A stretch of DNA of 62,794 nucleotides, filler included, from Rhabdomonas costata (GCA_019059605.1; 49 parts of 49 records of this genome joined end to end with filler, not necessarily neighbours in it); one strand, 5' to 3'; shown: positions 1 to 12,032, counted from the whole stretch's first letter. Numbers and translations: made by a program. Notes: generated by a model not told the origin, from the sequence alone.

Positions 1-218
1 TCGACTAGCTCACCTTTTCGACCATTAAAATAAGCAACGAGTGACACAACCAGGCAACCAGGCAGTGCAGGGACGTTGTCCAAGCCAAAAAGCTCCTTGC
101 GGACTTTTTGAGCCAGAAAATAACACCGGAAACCCCCCGAATAGGCACAGCACTGGCCTCAAACCGTCAAAAAAGCCAAGTCCGGACAGTCACACCACAG
201 CGCTAGAGTTAAGCATAC

Positions 219-1170
219 TCGGCGATGCCCTCGAAGGAGCTCCCTGGGCTCATGGTGTACAGCACGTTGACGGTCTCCTTCGCGCCGCCACGCAGCGCCG
301 CGGCGAAGTAAAGCCAGTCTCTGGCGTTGTTGGTGCGGAGGTAGTTGGGGAACCGCGAGATGTTGTACTCCCCGTACTGAGAAGAAGACAAAGGTCCCCC
401 ATCGGATCAGACGACAAATGTGTGCTGAGCAACTGACAGGACAGGTGAATTAGCGGGAAGATGAACAAAACAACTTGCTGGCACAGAAGAAAGCAACCTC
501 TAACCGATGCGGATGTGCTGCATTCACATTCCACCACAGCAATATATTCGCTGTGGACGCGTTTATTTGGATTACATCGGAATGTGCAAAAGCTGTGCCA
601 TTTTTAGTTTTTTTTGGGGTCAAAAAAAAACTGCGATAAACCTCATCTTTCTTTAGTTTCACGTTGTCAAGTGTTAAGTCTTTGTGTGCATACGGCGCGG
701 CGCAGTGATCACTGAGGTAAACGGAGGTAGCTCGTCATTTTAATTCCATTGGATTGTTTGCATTCCTGTTATTCTGGGAGCTTTTGAGTTCTGGTTTTCC
801 AAATAACGTGTTGTAGAGACAGCTACCACACGGCACCGATACGACACTCTTCACCCACCATGTTAATGCGTACGTTGCTTCGAAGCTCAGCCACAGAGTA
901 TGGTGTACCCTTTCGACTCATTTTTTCATTTACTCAGACACAGAACCCACAAACAACCTGAGGAGACTGCGCGCACGGGAAGCTCTTCAGGCGGGGATCC
1001 GACTTTGACAGCGTCGGATCCACAGGCACGATGCTGTTCCGAAAGACGTTTGAGGGGTAGCTCATCCTCCCTACCCCGGGGTCCACCCGCACCCGCTGGC
1101 GGTTGAACGAGCACGCGTAGATGTTGCCACTCCAGTGCGCAGCTTGTGCAGCCCCTACCCCAACCCCCCA
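219..1170 (-). CDS. Two exons of a hypothetical protein (about 1170-958 and 376-219)
   Basis: Exon 1 ends ...KSFPCAQSPQ|gttgtt. Exon 2 follows ttcttctcag| and reads YGEYNISRFPNYLRTNNARDWLYFAAALRGG. The join is phase-compatible GT-AG and codons are GC3-rich. Family not recognised. Confidence 0.5.
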
Positions 1171-1183
1171 AACACACCAACAC

Positions 1184-1283
1184 NNNNNNNNNNNNNNNNN
1201 NNNNNNNNNNNNNNNNNNNNNNNNNNNTTAATTAATTAANNNNNNNNNNNNNNNNNNNNNNNNNNNNNNNNNNNNNNNNNNNN
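1184..1283. other. Artificial contig-joining spacer (first of about 48): N44 + TTAATTAATTAA + N44
   Basis: The same 100-nt block recurs about every 1283 nt. TTAATTAATTAA gives stops in all six frames. Flanking contigs are unrelated and nearly identical in length, consistent with a size-sorted concatenation. Confidence 0.98.
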
Positions 1284-1795
1284 GTTGTGGTGTACGACGG
1301 TCTGTGACGTGTGAGGTTCAAGTCGCGATGTGTTGACCCCGTGCCCTGCCAAAAACGCGTCAAGACTGCAGCAAAACCCTTAGTCAACACATCGCGACTT
1401 GAACCTCACACGTCACAGACCGTCGTACACCGCGCGTTCACAAAACCACTCACCAGTTGATGAACGCAAAGTCAACAAAGCTATCATGGGCAGTCCCACT
1501 TGCGGCCTTTGTTCATGCGGGGCGAAGAGGCGACATACACTGTGAGGTGGGTGTGAAGGGTAAACACTGTCAGGCACCGAAATCAGACTTCCCCTGTGGA
1601 ACACGGGGGCCAGCAGGTGCCTGGTTGGGGACATAAGTTGCCTCGGCCGGAGTCTCATTCCGTGGCGACTTTGGATGGCTGCTGGGAAGGGTCAAGCACG
1701 GGAAAGGGGCATTCTTCAATTGCCCCTTTCCACGGTTCGTGGTACTGCACTGCCTTTTCGGTCTCCTTTGCCTTTCAACACCATACCCCACACAC

Positions 1796-2041
1796 CTTGA
1801 GGCCTGCGGCTGTGGGAATGACCTGGCCCATCGCAATCCTGGACGGGATGTCCGCCGCCAGAGCATGCCGAATGAGCTCCGTGCGGGAGGCGGTTGGGGT
1901 GCCTGGCCAGCCCAGCCCCGAGGGGTGGTCCAGCACCACCAGCTTGTCCCGCACCAGAATGTACATGCTCATCTCCTGCGTGACTACGGAGAGCGGAAGG
2001 GAGGAGCCCGGCAGGGGCACCCACCACATGTCGCGCAGCAC
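1796..2041 (-). CDS. Internal exon of a hypothetical protein (82 codons)
   Basis: Bounded by tactcag| and AAG|gtgtgt, 246 nt, open frame VLRDMWWVPLPG...PTAAGLK with strong GC3 bias. Confidence 0.55.
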
Positions 2042-2599
2042 CTGAGTACCACCCCACGAGAGAGAGTGTGTAGGTCTGTGTTTGTATGAACAGCTGAGGT
2101 TAAAGAACTCTGGGCTGAACAGCTAGCAGATCTCATGTACTGCTCACGTGACTAGCGCTGTGGCGAAACACAATCTTCTCCCCTCTTCCCTCTTTCGTCC
2201 TTCTGTCATTTGTTTGTTCATTTGTTTGCTTGTTTGGTTTGCTCCGCTTTTTTCGTTTGTACTCGGCTCCCCTTCCGTAAACAACTCACTCTTTGTAACC
2301 GAATACCTCAGCCTCCCCCCCCCCCACTCAGCCACCAGAACTGCCGGCTGTTTCCGCAATTGCAACTAGAGCCTCATTAATTTCATTTCTCACCGTTTCT
2401 GCTTTTGCAGTAAACTCTTGCCTTTTTCATACCAACTGAAAAAATCTGCTAACATTCCAACCACCCNNNNNNNNNNNNNNNNNNNNNNNNNNNNNNNNNN
2501 NNNNNNNNNNTTAATTAATTAANNNNNNNNNNNNNNNNNNNNNNNNNNNNNNNNNNNNNNNNNNNNGGTGTGTGGGGTACAGACCGAGCGATACATACC

Positions 2600-3200
2600 C
2601 CAGGAGTGGAGCGCGGTTACCGAAGGACCTGACGCGGATAATGCAACTTGAGTTACGCATTGACCGGAAGCTTTCCGGGCTCGGGCTGCATACCTTTGCG
2701 TAGTAACGACATCGTTAGGGGTCGACTTAGCTACATTACCAAGCGCGTGGATTTTATCTTTGCAGGTAAACTCTGCAAACTTACCGAATATGGATACGTC
2801 TGTGGATCGGGGTCCCCCACCCCACCTCGTGCGGCGACTCTGGGTGTGCGGGAGCGAGGGAAGGGTCCAGGAACGCACTGCAGCAGTCATCTGTGGAACA
2901 GGAAGGCGAAGAGCAGATCACGGTGTCGTTCTTGCGGCCGGACCCGTATGGGCAGGTGATGCTGCTATTCCCACAGTTTGGGTACACTTGAGCTGCGTAC
3001 GCGTGAGCAGGTTGGGAGCAAATAAATGCAAATAACCATATGCAAGATCCTTCGTGCCAGAGTGCAAATGCTCCCGCTGTCGTTACACCACCGATCACTG
3101 GGTATAATTCCTCAGGGTTTGCAAACGCACCCAACCGCCTGAGCTGTCCAAGTTGTCCAGGATGCAGTTTATGTGGTCTTTTTGCTGCTCCCCTGAATTT
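2600..3200 (+). mobile_element. Possible highly decayed non-LTR retrotransposon remnant
   Basis: Broken frames give RLPKD...RKLSGLGL (GGLG-like RT thumb motif) and CRSCG...H..C (CCHC-like). Many stops and frameshifts. Confidence 0.25.
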
Positions 3201-3913
3201 CACTCCGCGAATTTTTCATCACTTTTCCCCACGATGAACACAAAGCAGAGTGTATTACCCGCAAGTAGAACATGAACAGCAAAGTAAAAGTTCTATTCAC
3301 ATCTTCTCGCCTTTTTCGCAACCCATACTTAACGATGGAATAGGCTCTGTACAAAATGATAGGGCTGCAGCAGTCAGGCAGCTTGCACAGTGGGGGCGCA
3401 GCCGGTCGTTCCCTATTAACGCCAGACTTCACACAAAAGCTTTGACTTCCAATTCGGGATCGGGCGAGGGGTGAGGGGGTGAAATGGAGAAGGCGCACGT
3501 ACTGCAGCACTCTTCCCTTGTACAGGAGGACAGGGACGTCAGGCATACAGTGGTAGCATTGTTGGCGATGAACCCCACGGGACAGAAGAAGGACGCGCAA
3601 GTGAGTCCGACTAAGCAGAAACAGAAACCTCAGAGGCGCGTCGACGACTTACCTCTTGCCGATTTTTGCTTGGACTCTAGTGATGAAGAAATCAATTAAA
3701 CTCTCAGAAGCGATTACATAGTTCCAAAGTGACGATGCCCACCCCCCACCNNNNNNNNNNNNNNNNNNNNNNNNNNNNNNNNNNNNNNNNNNNNTTAATT
3801 AATTAANNNNNNNNNNNNNNNNNNNNNNNNNNNNNNNNNNNNNNNNNNNNTTGTGGGGTGAGAGAGAGCGGGGTGTGCCAAAATCCTCACCTTCATGCAC
3901 ACCCCGCTCTCTC

Positions 3914-4483
3914 TCACTCCACGATTCGGACAGCACCCGGCTCTCTGAAGGACACTAATACCACCGCATCCTCGGTGTAGCTCAACCGCAGCGGATTCTC
4001 TTCACCACCCCACACTGTGGCCCCATTAACGGTGAAGGCCACAGTGCCCCCCGTGGCATCCTCGGGGTCGCTGCGGTCCACGACGACCTGCACTCGGTCT
4101 CCGGTCTTCAGCGGAGGCACGCTTCTCTCCTCGGCGTTGCCATTGTAGAAGCACGGCGGGCTCCAACCGTACCGCAGGCCCAGCCCAAGGGACCACGGGG
4201 AGCGCCCGGGAATCTGATCTTCCCGGTTCTGGAGATCACCGCATGAGCTCAAGGGAGCCACCCCAAAGGTGAGACCCAGCTTGTATTCCATCACTTCGAA
4301 GGTGACGACGGTGAGCCCCGGCTGGCCCATCGCCAGTACAGCGGTGAGCCGCGCGCTGTGCCAGTTGAAGTTGCTGGTGGCGAGATGCAGCTGATTCCTC
4401 TGCGGGGCACTGGACTGCAGCCGCGGAGCGCACGCCGCTGGGCCTTCCGCGACCTGAGGAAGCCGTCCCCACGTGCGAGGCAC
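3914..4483 (-). CDS. Terminal exon, SPRY/B30.2-domain protein
   Basis: Acceptor ctcttag| before 4483. Sequence VVTFEV..LTFGVAP..PGRSPWSLG..LKTGDRVQVVVD..GTVAFTVNG matches the SPRY pattern. Stop at 3914. Confidence 0.8.
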   Translation of the reverse strand: MPRTWGRLPQVAEGPAACAPRLQSSAPQRNQLHLATSNFNWHSARLTAVLAMGQPGLTVVTFEVMEYKLGLTFGVAPLSSCGDLQNREDQIPGRSPWSLGLGLRYGWSPPCFYNGNAEERSVPPLKTGDRVQVVVDRSDPEDATGGTVAFTVNGATVWGGEENPLRLSYTEDAVVLVSFREPGAVRIVE

Positions 4484-5149
4484 CTAAGAGATTGGGAGGG
4501 GGAGGACTGCACGGATAAAAGAGCGTTAGAAAGAGGCTTCATGTCAGTCAACAAAAAACCCACCATCGCCCCATTGCTCCCCATACTTGTTTTGCTTTTT
4601 CCCTTGACTGGTGGTGCGCATCGCTACGCACAAAGTAAGTAACGCCGCCATGCAAAAGTGAATGGCGGTGGGGAGGAGGGCGTCTAATGTACTACAGCCC
4701 TTTTTCCTCAAAGCGAAAGACTAAATGCTGCACTCGCAGGCTGTTCGTGCTCTGGCTCTGGGCTCTGGGCTTTGGCGGGCTCTGCCATCAAAACAGAGAG
4801 AGGAGGCAGTGGGCTGCCTACCGCCGAGCAATTCCCCAACCTCAGCTGGCTTTCAGAGACACTTGACGATTATGGATGAGGGAAAGCGGCAAGGATGGTC
4901 TCTGCAGAGTGTTTGAGAGAAACGCGTTGATAATGAATCGGCAGGGCTACTAAATGTGTTCGGCGTGGAGCGACCGAGCGAGGGTTCCTATGCGACCTAG
5001 GAGACAGTACACACCTGGCCCTGATGGGAAAAGTNNNNNNNNNNNNNNNNNNNNNNNNNNNNNNNNNNNNNNNNNNNNTTAATTAATTAANNNNNNNNNN
5101 NNNNNNNNNNNNNNNNNNNNNNNNNNNNNNNNNNGTGGTGGGTGTGTTT

Positions 5150-5240
5150 GGGTTTGGGTGTCCTTAATCGGCCCCAGGATCGCGATCTGCGGGGGGTTGA
5201 AGGTGAGGTTGACGATCAGGTTGGCCCCGGGAATCGCCAT
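5150..5240 (-). CDS. 5' end of a small protein, possibly a euglenozoan paraflagellar rod component (PFC16-like)
   Basis: ATG at 5240 gives MAIPGANLIVNLTFNPPQIAILGPIKDT, truncated by the contig end. Resembles from memory the N-terminus of kinetoplastid PFR-associated proteins; not verified. Confidence 0.4.
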
Positions 5241-6425
5241 TTTGGTGCTTGTGTGGATCTGTGGTTGGAGGCAAAAAAGCAGGGGAGCGAGACGGCGCTA
5301 CACTAGCAGGAGGCGCAGGGAAGAAAGAAGCGGCTGAGAGAGAGAGGCCGGAACAGGACAGAAAGGCTCAGGAGTTGACCATCACAGCAAAGGTTATCAA
5401 TGACCACACCACCTGGAGCAGTTTTTGGCTAGAACGTTTTTTAGGGACCACAGAACGCTGTTCATCAGTAGCGTTCGCTACTCAACAAACTTTGCAAAGG
5501 ACTTAGCGATGGCGGAGACGTTTTGGGGACCGCCGATTCAGGGAACATCGTGGGTTCAGAAAATGAAAACGATGACGAAAACGTCACCTGCGAATATCTT
5601 ACCCATAAATACACCAAAAAAAAAAGAATGGCCCGATTCCATTAAAATTGCAGTGCCCCAAAATCACAGCCACTCGGTCAGCAACCGCTTCATACTCGCC
5701 AGCATCATGCGCTGTGTTTCATTTGAGTGTTTTGGAACAAAAGAATGTGCAAGCTGAACGCCAGCACATTCCGTGAAGGGAAGCAGCACGCCTCGTTCAC
5801 CTCCGAGCTCAAAAATACCCCAAAATGGCCGTGAAATGGTCTCGAGCGTGGCTCTAAACCGGAGCATTCCGGCCCCCGAGGTAATTTTACAAGATCATTA
5901 TGCCGACAACAAGCAAGGACGAGACAAAGACAGAGTCGGCCTTACTTTTCGACACTGAAATTTCCCGAGTGAAAGTGAAGGGACTAGCCGAAGCGCATCT
6001 GCGTGGCGGTGGTTGGGGATTCCCCCCCGAAGGTACAATTTCACGAACGGCGGAGGGCAGGAGTTCTCACGCCAACCGACATGTACATGCTAAAAATAGC
6101 GTCCGTTCAAGACACGGCGACCACGACAGCATCACATTGCAAGCACGCAGATGGACAAGCAGGCTGTTTACAGGCAAGTACGCAATACGAAGCAAGTATT
6201 GATCAGATGATGGGGGGAGGGGGGTGAGAGGGGGTCGCCATGCAAAGGAGGAGCTCTCAGCACAGGGCAACGCATTCGCTCCCCACTCTGGAAAAACTCA
6301 TTTCCGCACCCCCCAACNNNNNNNNNNNNNNNNNNNNNNNNNNNNNNNNNNNNNNNNNNNNTTAATTAATTAANNNNNNNNNNNNNNNNNNNNNNNNNNN
6401 NNNNNNNNNNNNNNNNNTTGTGTGA

Positions 6426-7601
6426 ATGGAGCAGGAGTGGTGTAACGATCCTGAGCTGCTGCAGCACTGGGACTACGTGACCTCCCCGGTTCCGCGTGAC
6501 CCTGAGAAGCGGAGATGGTCGAGCGCAATCCGTGATGAAGGGCACGTAGGCATGTCTTTGGATGACTTCACGACGCGACCCGAGGCGCGAGCGGCAAATC
6601 TTCACTCTGCACATGTTGTTGCGATTCGGCTATACACCGGTCCCGGATATCGGAACCTCAACACCGCATGTCGGGCCATTGACGACAAATTCCGGTATAC
6701 CAACCTTATGCTAAACACGGCGCTGCAGCTTTTGGGGACCACCGCGGTGTCGTCTGGGTCGGCGCCGAAGCGATTCTTCCGGGGCCTCGGGGGAATCATC
6801 AGCCCTGCCTTTGTCCATGCCTACCGTCAGCATGAGAAGTTTCACATCACACGGTCTACAGAAGGGTGGGGTTTGGTGACGAGTCTGTGCGACCTCGCTT
6901 TCCAGTCGACCACAACCTCTTGGGAGGTTGCGACGGGCTCTTTTGGGGGAAACGTCCTTTTGGTCATCACACCTCCTCCGGAGTCCGCACAAAAACTCTT
7001 TCCTTCGCATCTGTGGCTGTACTCCGGCGCTTCCGTGCAGTTTGCCTCGCAGTACCCCGAGGAGGAAGAGTTCCTGTGGCCATCGTGTACGATGCTTCTT
7101 CCCGTTCCGAAGCCCGAACGAGGAGAGCTTCCTCAGCAAATCACAGGCAAGTTGGTGCTGCAGCTGTTTGCATTGTGCCCAGTGGGTAAGACCCCACGCT
7201 CCCCATTTATGCTGGAAACGGACCACACCGCGGAGAAGCTCAAGAACCAGCTCAGGCAAACCCTGCCCCTGGTACGCCACAGCATGCCTGTCGCGGCGAT
7301 GTACTTTTTCAAGAACTACGGAACGGGCTCTTCAGGGGAGAAGAATGCGAGATTTCAGGAGATGTTCCGGCTCCTTCTTGTTCATCCCGACGTTGAAAAC
7401 GCCGTCTATGCAGAGGACTTCGAGGCCCTGATGGTGAAGGTCGAGGTCCTGTGCAAGGACTACACAGATGCCGGGATTAATGTGCAGAAGGCCACCGATA
7501 TTCTCACTCGGGGCCTGAGCCGTTTGCGGCTCGAGAAGAGCGGCATCCACTCTGGGGAACCACTAGCTCTGGAGCAGTTCGTTGGGCTGTGCAACAAAAC
7601 C
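6426..7601 (+). CDS. R-S-E clade mono-ADP-ribosyltransferase domain protein with degenerate EF-hand-like C-terminus (partial, intronless)
   Basis: Motifs VVAIRLYTG..Y..LN, FFRG (catalytic R), FQSTT (STS motif) and SQYPEEEEFLWP (ExE). The ORF is open to the contig end. Confidence 0.85.
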
Positions 7602-8349
7602 NNNNNNNNNNNNNNNNNNNNNNNNNNNNNNNNNNNNNNNNNNNNTTAATTAATTAANNNNNNNNNNNNNNNNNNNNNNNNNNNNNNNNNNNNNNNNNNN
7701 NGATTTTGCTTACTTAAAGCCAGGTATGTGGCGCGTTTCAACTCAAAATTGAGACGTTTTGATCAAAATCTTGAAAATCAAAATACAGAAGAAAACTACG
7801 CATGGAATCTACATTGTCCTTCAGTCACGGTGTCAGCAACGTGAACACGATGCATACAAAGCATACAAACACACACGGCTATTGCATGGCAGGATAACTG
7901 ATTGTCGAACGTTCCGGACGTGTATGAGAAAAGCAGTTGCAGATGCAATACATAAAACTGCAGGAGGCAACGGTTACTGCAAACGGAGGATATTGTTTTG
8001 CTGAGAATTATGAAACGAGCTTGACAACGTCTCTCCTCGTTTTCCCAAAAGGCAAAAGGCAGGTAGATACAAGTCCGGCAGGGGTGACGGTAGACCCAGC
8101 GAGGCGCTCAGCTCGGGGAGCTCTCGCAGTACAAGGTCCTCATCGGTAGCATTTGAGCGCATCACGGCTTTCCAGCTGTACGAAACGACCTGTGCATCAA
8201 GCAAGAATCAACCAAAGCGGAGCAGTAACTGTGCCAACACAGGCACGCACGAGCGTGGGGAGGCAAACTAAACAGCACAGAAGCCAGCGGAGAGTCAAAC
8301 CAACCAGACAAAGAAAGGCAATTTATCAGCATGTGTACGAGTGTTATGT

Positions 8350-8780
8350 TTACGAGGCAGCCATGAGATGCCACGATTATCGCATTATTCAGCTCCAGGA
8401 ATTTGAGGAGGGCTTGTCGGAGGACGGGGGGATACTCATCACACGTACAACCCCCACCACTCCCCCAATCTCTCCCCACTATATAAGGCCAACATCCAAG
8501 CCCGAGCGCCGCCCAATAGCGCGCAATTTGAATGGCCTCATCTTCTGACAGGCATCTTCCGATTTATGGAGAACGGAGATGGGAAGAGATTAGAGTTAGT
8601 GACTCTCTAGAAGACAACAAGCAACAGACGTGGGAATGTATCCTACTATTTTGAAGCCAGCTCCAGCTCCACCCAGAACAGCGTGCTCGCGGAAGTGGTG
8701 GTCCCGGCACCGGCTCATCGCCTCCAGGTTGGCGGGAATAAGCCCCTCCAGCACGGATTTGCCCCGCGCCGAGGCAACCT
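8350..8780 (-). CDS. Two probable exons of a hypothetical protein
   Basis: ttcacag|VASARGKSVLEGLIPANLEAMSRCRDHHFREHAVL and tatatag|GRDWGSGGGCTCDEYPPVLRQALLKFLEL, each with an AG acceptor. Confidence 0.35.
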
Positions 8781-9356
8781 GTGAAACAGCTATACGGTGG
8801 CTACGGTTAGCAATAAGCTAGATCTTCAAGCGATCACAAACCATGACAAGCAGAAATACTCTTCTTTATGAACGAAGTGCCTGAANNNNNNNNNNNNNNN
8901 NNNNNNNNNNNNNNNNNNNNNNNNNNNNNTTAATTAATTAANNNNNNNNNNNNNNNNNNNNNNNNNNNNNNNNNNNNNNNNNNNNTGTTGTGTTGCCAGG
9001 CTTTTTCAAAATCGCGCTGTGTGTATTTGTGCTCCTCTCTCCTTTTTCTTTTTGGATTTTCTCGTGTGCCTTTTTTCCTCGCTTTGCTCCTGCGTATCCA
9101 TAAGTTCTCCCGCCGAGCGTTCATTGCTCCCCGGCTACATACGTCTCCGTGTGGAGCCGGGGGGATCCTGAATGGAGATTCCAGCCACCGTTGCATCCCT
9201 CACGGTGCCCTTTCCAGGTTTGCAGGGTATTATGGGGGGATGCGGGGGCGGGTATTGTACGGCGAACTGTGAAAGCAGCGTTCCCTCAGAATAATAACTG
9301 CTGATGATACGATCTATTGGAGCGCCATCTCCCCCGGAAGCTTTCCAAAAGCTTTT

Positions 9357-9737
9357 CTACTGGTGCGAATCTGCGGGTGTTTTTACGTTCACACCCACCT
9401 TGACGAAATGACGAATTTGCACACAGTGCTCTTTCCCGTAACCTTCGTAACCTCGTAAGTTGAATTGGTCCTCGGGTAGCCACAATGCCCACCGGCCTAA
9501 TCCTATCTCTTTCCCTATCCCCAGCGCTGTGTTCCACAATGGCTTGCTGATAAGGCACACGATAGGGGTATGAACCAAATGATGTATATCTGTCTGCACT
9601 GGCAGCTTTGATGGGTTTTTGGTGACACTGCGCCAGAGCAAGATATTGTCGGTGCCACCTTGAAAGGGTGTCCCTAATGTTATCTTTTGGACATCGAGAA
9701 GTTCAGGGAGTGCAAAAAGACCCCTATTGAAAGTCAT
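9357..9737 (-). mobile_element. Possible decayed LTR-retrotransposon RNase H region
   Basis: VQTD..H..PIVCLISKP...LGRWALWL..DQFNL...GKEH resembles the Ty3/gypsy TDH...RWAL.L..F...PGKEN motif. Confidence 0.3.
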
Positions 9738-9814
9738 GTCAGCAAATTGTTCTTGTGCAATGGAAGCTGCTAAAGTCAGTTATTTTTTATTCAGGGATAT
9801 GCCGATGCGTTCCC

Positions 9815-10068
9815 GATGTGCTCATGGCATTAGCAGCTGTATTGGTTTTTTGTTTCTCGCCTTTCGGTGTGCCACGGGCCATGCAGATCAGAGATCAGAT
9901 CAGGGCAAATCATCCCTGGTCCCTGAGCGTGGGGGACTTCGCCACGAACCGTTTCTTACCAATAAATTCGTGCTTTTTTAATTATCGGTTTTTGCGTGTG
10001 CGCGCGGGGATTAGGCCGCAGGGCGAGAAACAAAAAACCAATACAGCTGCTAATGTCATGAGCACATC
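9815..10068. repeat. Internal 47-bp imperfect inverted repeat pair (9815-9861 and 10022-10068), MITE-like
   Basis: gatgtgctcatggcattagcagctgtattggttttttgtttctcgcc and its reverse complement, with one mismatch, about 160 bp apart and not at a contig end. Confidence 0.75.
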
Positions 10069-10860
10069 AATACAATTCTTTTGGGGCTTAGCAACACCGA
10101 AAAGTGCACCCCAGCATGGCCCAGAGAAAAGAAGAGAAGAAGAGGTACAGTGGCCGATCCCCCCACCCCNNNNNNNNNNNNNNNNNNNNNNNNNNNNNNN
10201 NNNNNNNNNNNNNTTAATTAATTAANNNNNNNNNNNNNNNNNNNNNNNNNNNNNNNNNNNNNNNNNNNNTGCGTATGCGCGGTAATGTGTGCGAGGACGG
10301 GGAGAACTAGACCCAGGATGGCGAGGATGTCGCACAATACAAGAGCCAACAGTGCAGAACTCGACTCACTCCCCCGCCATTGTGGGAAGGATCAAACACG
10401 AGGCATTCTTCAGTCGTACCTTTCCTCGGTTCATGGAACTGAGATACGCAGCCAACTTTGAACAACGAAGCAGTGCAGAAGCGCGTAGTCAGGTGGGCAG
10501 CTCTTCACATCAGCCATTAATGAATTACGCCTGTACACCTTCGACTTCAGGTGCAAAACAATGCTCCCTTTAACAGGAAATGCGACGCCCAGGAAATGTG
10601 GACTTTTAGTGTGACAGTTTGCACTCCCACCTTAATGCGGGAGGTCGGGGAAGGCAAGTAGGGGCACTTTGATGCAGAGATCTGAGAGATCCGGGAATGC
10701 AGAAAGGTGACACGAACGTTTTTGAGGCCATGTCAAAATATAGAGTTGCGGCTGAACTGTGGGTTGTTTGCTACTGCGGTTGCGATGACACAGAATCGGC
10801 AGACTCTAACCATTTTGATGGCTTTTTCGGAATGGTGATGCATGTCAAACCAATGCACAG

Positions 10861-10979
10861 GGTGGAACGCCGAGCTTCGCGAGCTGGCGCAGCTGATCCA
10901 GCGCGACATCCTGGTCACAAACCCGGACGTCCACTTCAAGGACATCGCTCAGCTGGACAGCTGCAAGATGCTCCTAAAG
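10861..10979 (+). CDS. KATNAL2: Exon of katanin p60-like AAA ATPase
   Basis: cacag|GWNAELRELAQLIQRDILVTNPDVHFKDIAQLDSCKMLLK matches the region just upstream of the AAA domain. It ends AAG|gcacac, a GC donor, where EAV is expected next. Confidence 0.8.
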
Positions 10980-12032
10980 GCACACAGACGCACACACACA
11001 CACTCTCTCTCAATTTCCCAGTTTCCTGCTGTTGCGGCGGGCTGTCAGTTCCACCCTACCTTTGCCCGGCTGGATCAAAGCCCTGCTGGAGTGCTCAATA
11101 CCTGCAGCGTCTAGTCAGTGGGAAGATAAAAGCGCACCAAAGAAAACAAACTCTTGTGACCCTGCGGACAAGCATACCATCTCTTTGATCCAATTTCAGT
11201 TCATTGCATTCCCTTTGATGACACAAATCTCCAAATCTCTTTACCCCTGAGTGTCACCCTTAAGCGCAGGAACTGGCTCGGTTTTGCTTCCCCCAGCCTG
11301 CGCCGCCTTGCTCGCTTCCTGCTATCCTCCTCTTTAGCGCTAAGGTGGGCCCCGACGGTACAAGAGAAATCGGATCATTGAATGCGGACGAAGCACCACC
11401 CACCCACCTGCCAACCGGCAGGTCAGATTTACCGATTTATGACACCCACCCCCNNNNNNNNNNNNNNNNNNNNNNNNNNNNNNNNNNNNNNNNNNNNTTA
11501 ATTAATTAANNNNNNNNNNNNNNNNNNNNNNNNNNNNNNNNNNNNNNNNNNNNTGTTGTGTGTGATAAACCAGAACTTAATTACACTCTGTTTCTTTTCA
11601 CATCCACTGCAAACGTGGCCCAGCACTGGCACCACGATTGCAGTGGATGTGAAAAGAAACAGAGTGTAATTAAGTTCTGGTTTATCATACACAGTCACTG
11701 ATACAACTAAATGATACGGCACTTTCCTGTGATTTTGTTAACATTTTAGCGACGATAGACGTGATAATTCAATCTTTTCATCTACTATTACCTGTTGACT
11801 ATATGCGTGACGTATACATATGCGGCATAAACCCTCCGAAAAACCTCAACAAGAATTCTGAATCTAAAATAATGTTTTCTCTTGAAATGAAGTGTAGACT
11901 ATGTTGAGTGTTTTTATGAGAGACACTTCCATGACGTTGGCTGAACAGCATCCTCAGCCTGTTGACGTGTTTTATCATGTCACACAGCCAAGGAAGCATC
12001 ACACAACTCCATATCAACAGAACAAAAAACGA

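Noticed and set aside
1228..1239. Regularly spaced TTAATTAATTAA as a CRISPR-like or biological repeat
   Set aside because: It is always embedded in N runs at fixed 100-nt spacers, so it is an assembly linker.
5135..5160. G/T-rich contig ends as telomeric repeats of nanochromosomes or minicircles
   Set aside because: There is no fixed repeat unit, genes are cut mid-exon, and the uniform contig length reflects size sorting.
11554..11695. Long terminal hairpins as terminators, hairpin telomeres or transposon TIRs
   Set aside because: One arm always abuts a contig end with a G/T or A/C tail and the arms are near-perfect. Some interrupt coding exons (MORN at about 51220), which fits amplification chimeras.
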